DNA of 60,003 nt. Source: a virus. Taxonomy: Duplodnaviria > Caudoviricetes. Where the stretch lies: positions 1 through 60,003 of IMG/VR virus record IMGVR_UViG_3300037408_000429, one strand, 5' to 3'. The notes under the pieces are model-generated. The model saw nothing but the letters and a program-made list of their open reading frames with translations. It was not told the DNA's origin and searched no databases. Both the position numbers and the translations under genes were made by a program. Numbering within the stretch: the first letter of the stretch is position 1; every line of letters starts with the position of its first letter. Shown piece after piece: positions 56,320 to 60,003 of the stretch.

Positions 56320-56610
56320 CTACTCCTTCACGACGTACCAATCTTCCGCCAGCAAATCGGTCTGGCTGGCCAGCCACGGAACAACGCTCCTGTTGACGGT
56401 GAGCATGTCGATGTGGGCGCAATACCTGACGGTGGATCCTGGCCTGAAGGTGGAAGACAGGGGGCGCCCCTCGACCACAATGATCTGGGCGGCGGGGACC
56501 ATGAAGATGAACATGCCCTTCCCGTTCCACCCGGACCTGGCCACTTTGTCTCCCTTTTTCAGGAGTTCCAGGGCGGAACTGAATCCAAAGAGATGGGTCA
56601 GAAGGTTCAT
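56320..56610 (-). CDS. DUF2829 / Tad2-like protein
   Basis: FSSALELLKKG.KVARSGWNGKGMF...PWLASQTDLLAEDW. Confidence 0.85.
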   Translation of the reverse strand: MNLLTHLFGFSSALELLKKGDKVARSGWNGKGMFIFMVPAAQIIVVEGRPLSSTFRPGSTVRYCAHIDMLTVNRSVVPWLASQTDLLAEDWYVVKE

Positions 56611-56611
56611 G

Positions 56612-56962
56612 TCACTTCCCCAGGGTTTCGTCCAACATTTGCTGGACCAGTTTGCTGATTTTGAACTTGACCGTCCAACGTGCTGGAACATCTGAGTAGG
56701 AATTTGTGGGAGGGATGTAGGCCTTTCGGACTCCTCGATGATGGGGTGAGAAGTTAGCCAGTCCTCGAATTTCAACACGTTTCCCGTTTGTCCAGGCTTC
56801 TGTCATGGATTCAAGAAAGGCTGTGATGGCGCGGTCGGCCTGGTCCAGGGTAAGGCCAAGTTTGGCGGCCACTTCACGGGCAAGATCCTTCCGTCCCAAC
56901 GTCTTGGTATCTGCATATCTTTCTTTGAAGGGCTTGGCGCTTAGGGCTAGTATATTCGACAT
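56612..56962 (-). CDS. HU/IHF-family DNA-binding protein
   Basis: KDLAREVA, G.RVEIRGL..F, VPAR.TVKFKISK. Confidence 0.85.
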   Translation of the reverse strand: MSNILALSAKPFKERYADTKTLGRKDLAREVAAKLGLTLDQADRAITAFLESMTEAWTNGKRVEIRGLANFSPHHRGVRKAYIPPTNSYSDVPARWTVKFKISKLVQQMLDETLGK

Positions 56963-57050
56963 TTTGTGGCTCCTTTGTTTGTGGTGGCTTGATTGCCGTC
57001 CTCGGTACAAGTCTACTTTGTTTTTAGCACACGGCAAGAAGGAACTTCAC

Positions 57051-58460
57051 TTAGACCATGTTGTCGGGGTATTCGATTTCGGTCTGGGTGGGTTTGTACT
57101 CAACCTTGGATTCGTCCGTTTGCTTCTCGATCTCTTTGAAGGTGGTCGTCCCGCCATCCCAGAACAACGGAATCACACCTGTGGGGCCATCACGGTTCTT
57201 GGCGATCAGCAGTTCGGCCAACTTGTCCGGCTCTGCCGAGATGTCCTCGATCTTGGTCTTTCGGGCGATGAACATAACGACATCGGCGTCTTGTTCGATG
57301 GCTCCAGAATCCCTCAGATCGGACAGCTGTGGGCGCCCGTTGTTTCGGTGCTCGACTTCTCGGTTCAGCTGGGACAGAAGGACGATGGGAACACCCTTGT
57401 CTTTCGCCAGGAGCTTGCAGGCTCGGGTGAGTTCCCCGACGCGGACGGCCTCGGACTGCCGGGCTGCCCGGGCGTCGTCGGAGCTTGTGAGCAGCTGGAG
57501 GTAGTCCAGCACGATCAAATCCAGCTTCCCGCGGGACACGGCCATGGCGTGGTCAACCATGGAGTTGACATGGCGCATGGTGATGGATGCCTTGTCGTAG
57601 ATCCAGATGGGCCTTTGGTCAAGTTCGTTCTTGGATTCGATCACCTTGGACAAGCCATGCCTGTCTTTTTTCTGTACCATCTCACGCAAGTTCACCTGGG
57701 AGTGGATGGAAAGCATGCGATTGGTGACCTCACCCTTGCTCATTTCCAGCGAGAAAACGGCCGCGGACTTACCCCTTCCGGTTGATCGAACAACCCAATT
57801 CAGGGCCATGGCGGACTTGCCTATGCCGGGCCTGGCCGCCAGCACGATCAACTGGCCGGGCTTCATGCCACCCAGGATGGCTGAGGTTCGGTCGAAAGAC
57901 GGAATCCAGAGTCCATACTCACGCTTCCCCTCCATCCTTTCACACAGATCGGCGATTGCATCGTCGCTGACGTGGTGGAATCGCTCGATTTTCGAGTTGT
58001 CCCCAGTGGTGACCACCTTGGTCAGGAAGGTGCTTGCCTCGTCGATGATCGCATTCGACGGGGCCGACTCATCCGCAGACTTGGTCGTGATCGCATGTCC
58101 AAGCCTCATGAGCTGGCGCCGGATGCGTTTCTCGCGCAGGATCTTCACCAGAACCATGGGCCGGCCAACCTCTTCGGCACCAAGCAAATCCACCAGGCCA
58201 GGGTATCCGCCCACCTTCTCCAGGGTTCCCTGCTTGGCCAGCACGTCTTTCAGGACCAGGGGGCTCACTTCGTCCTGGGCATCCAGCACGGCCTGTAACG
58301 CGACGAAGACCGATCGGTGCATCGGAGAAGAGAAGTCCTCCTTCTGGAGCGTGATACGGCACTCTTGGGCCGCCAGGTCGTTCCCAGGCGCACACAATGT
58401 TGCCAAGAGGCTTCTCTCGGCCTCGATGTCTTCAGGAAGTTTCAAGTGGTCTTCGCTCAC
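57051..58460 (-). CDS. dnaB: Replicative DNA helicase DnaB
   Basis: LAARPGIGKS, FSLEMS, DYLQL, LSQLNR, SDLRDSGAIEQDAD, AKNRDGPTG. Confidence 0.95.
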   Translation of the reverse strand: MSEDHLKLPEDIEAERSLLATLCAPGNDLAAQECRITLQKEDFSSPMHRSVFVALQAVLDAQDEVSPLVLKDVLAKQGTLEKVGGYPGLVDLLGAEEVGRPMVLVKILREKRIRRQLMRLGHAITTKSADESAPSNAIIDEASTFLTKVVTTGDNSKIERFHHVSDDAIADLCERMEGKREYGLWIPSFDRTSAILGGMKPGQLIVLAARPGIGKSAMALNWVVRSTGRGKSAAVFSLEMSKGEVTNRMLSIHSQVNLREMVQKKDRHGLSKVIESKNELDQRPIWIYDKASITMRHVNSMVDHAMAVSRGKLDLIVLDYLQLLTSSDDARAARQSEAVRVGELTRACKLLAKDKGVPIVLLSQLNREVEHRNNGRPQLSDLRDSGAIEQDADVVMFIARKTKIEDISAEPDKLAELLIAKNRDGPTGVIPLFWDGGTTTFKEIEKQTDESKVEYKPTQTEIEYPDNMV

Positions 58461-59398
58461 TGGACCCCCTGAAGATTGGGTTCCTGCTCAAAGAGCGCCT
58501 TCCGGTTCTGGATGGCCCGGTGAAGACGGACATCTGCCAGATAAGGTGGGGTTCCTCCGGCCTTGCCCTTCCCGAAGTAGTAGCGTGGCTCCTGGTTCAT
58601 CTTGCCGGTTGTGATCCGCTTTATGGCCACGGCTTCCATTTCCTCAAGGGTCGCCGTCTTGGCAGCCAGGATCTCGGTCACACGGTCGCAGAATGGGGCT
58701 ACTTCACACCGGATATGCCGGTGGGCCTCGTCGGAGTTCTCCCGTGTCTTAGGCCAGACATAGACCATACGGACGCACCAGTCCAGAACCTCCGGGGCAT
58801 AGGCATCGGGAGCCCTGGTGACAGCCTTTGGCTTCCTAGGCTTCTTCCCAGCCTCCTTCTTTGGGGGTTCTTCCTTTACTTCAGCCTGGCCTTGGCCTTC
58901 CCCCACGTCAGTGGGGGGTAGGGGGGTACTATCTTTTACTGCTTCTGCTTCTGCTTCTGCCTTGGCGTTATTTTCTGTAACACTGTGTTTCACGGTGTTA
59001 CATTCCGTTACAGAATGTGTTACATCCTTTAAATGCCTAGCCCTGAAGGCTCTCACGCGCTCCCTCGTCTGGTTCCGGATCTCATCCTCCGACCTCTTCT
59101 TCCTGTAGAACCCATGATTCAACAGTGCCCATCCCCCGGGAATGTCCATAATGCGCCGCCCCTCGAAGTCCGGCGTCCTGGAATACTTATCAGGAGATCT
59201 GAACAGTTCAAGGGCGCTTTCGCACTCATCTGTCTCAATGCCGGCCGCCTTGGCCAACCCAGGCAGGGACGCCATCACCCTCCCGTGTTGGTCCGCCATT
59301 GCCAGCATGGTCACCCAGCACACCTTTGTCTCATTACTCGCCTGCCAGATTGTTGAATGGATGATGCTGGAAAACAATTTTGTGTAGTTGTCCGACAT
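58457..59398 (-). CDS. Phage replication initiator-like protein
   Basis: YTKLFSSI..STIW, MLAMAD..G; VT-rich linker and AEAEAEA; upstream of dnaB. Confidence 0.7.
   Translation of the reverse strand: MSDNYTKLFSSIIHSTIWQASNETKVCWVTMLAMADQHGRVMASLPGLAKAAGIETDECESALELFRSPDKYSRTPDFEGRRIMDIPGGWALLNHGFYRKKRSEDEIRNQTRERVRAFRARHLKDVTHSVTECNTVKHSVTENNAKAEAEAEAVKDSTPLPPTDVGEGQGQAEVKEEPPKKEAGKKPRKPKAVTRAPDAYAPEVLDWCVRMVYVWPKTRENSDEAHRHIRCEVAPFCDRVTEILAAKTATLEEMEAVAIKRITTGKMNQEPRYYFGKGKAGGTPPYLADVRLHRAIQNRKALFEQEPNLQGVQ
58966..59025. repeat. Iteron-like GTTACA/TGTAAC repeats, putative origin
   Basis: TGTAACA 58976, TGTTACA 58996, CGTTACA 59006, TGTTACA 59018 inside the initiator gene. Confidence 0.55.
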
Positions 59399-59399
59399 A

Positions 59400-59609
59400 T
59401 CACTTCCCCCGCATCGACGACAGACGCGCTCTGGCCTGCACCAGGGCCCCCAGGCTATCTTCCAGGGCATCACCCTCTCGGACCAGCCTCCTGGCCTCGC
59501 TCGCAAGCCTCAAGGCAGCTGTGACGTAGGCGTAGGCCTTCTCCAGCCGCTCCCGATCCGAAACTTCCTTGCTGTAGCATTCTTGCTCTTGCGCCGTGCT
59601 CCCAGGCAT
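59400..59609 (-). CDS. Hypothetical protein
   Basis: GGAGG RBS before MPGSTA. Confidence 0.5.
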   Translation of the reverse strand: MPGSTAQEQECYSKEVSDRERLEKAYAYVTAALRLASEARRLVREGDALEDSLGALVQARARLSSMRGK

Positions 59610-59871
59610 CTGGCCTCCGAAATAAAATTGGGCCACCCCGCCCGGGCGCAGTCCAGGTGCATCCACAGCGGACCGCTTCCACTGCTGCATCCATGGCCGG
59701 ACGGGGTGATGGTTGATCTCATTAGGCTCCCACGCTGCACTCGCAGGAATCACAGTATCGTCCCAGGCCGAACCTCGCGCAAGAAAAACTCGCATGTGAA
59801 GTGAAAATAAAAGATGGACATAATGAAAATTCACAGACGGCCGGGGGGGGTCGGCCCCCGTGGGGGGGGGG

Positions 59872-59982
59872 TGTCCGTGCAGGCTCCGCGGCGCGTCCAA
59901 TGGCGGTCGGCGTCCGCCGCGGTCCCAGCTTGCTGCTGCCGCCACCAGAAGCAAGCTGCCGCCGATACCTTGGGCTGGTCCT
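59872..59982. repeat. Terminal direct repeat, right copy
   Basis: Identical to 13-123. Confidence 0.9.
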
Positions 59983-60003
59983 GCCACCCAACCCCCCCCC
60001 CGG

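Noticed and set aside
1-60003. Integrase/IntI, repressor, reverse transcriptase (DGR/retron), tRNA genes, alternative genetic code
   Set aside because: No tyrosine/serine recombinase or YADD-type motifs or cloverleafs recognised; core genes are intact in the standard code. This was a by-eye search only

Overview
The window appears to be an essentially complete ~60 kb podovirus-like dsDNA phage genome. It is bounded by a 111-bp direct repeat (13-123 = 59872-59982) and has no recognisable integrase or repressor. Layout: small early genes on the + strand (1-9.8 kb); recombination genes (RusA, putative annealing protein, YqaJ exonuclease); a DUF927-type helicase; and a long minus-strand block with replication initiator, DnaB, HU, Tad2/DUF2829-like protein, terminase, portal, capsid, tail, a 4266-aa DarB-like ejected protein, tail fibres and lysis genes. 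Two non-standard systems stand out. (1) At 3.5-6.8 kb the small early genes are separated by at least 7 complete integron attC-like hairpins. Their polarity is inverted relative to the genes, and the array ends in an attI1-like site, although no integron integrase is encoded. (2) At 15.0-15.9 kb a GGCA-delimited array of GG(Y)NN pentamers lies directly upstream of a standalone RAMP/Cas7-like gene, a VIPR-like candidate RNA-guided module. All family assignments come from motif recognition by eye, not from database searches.
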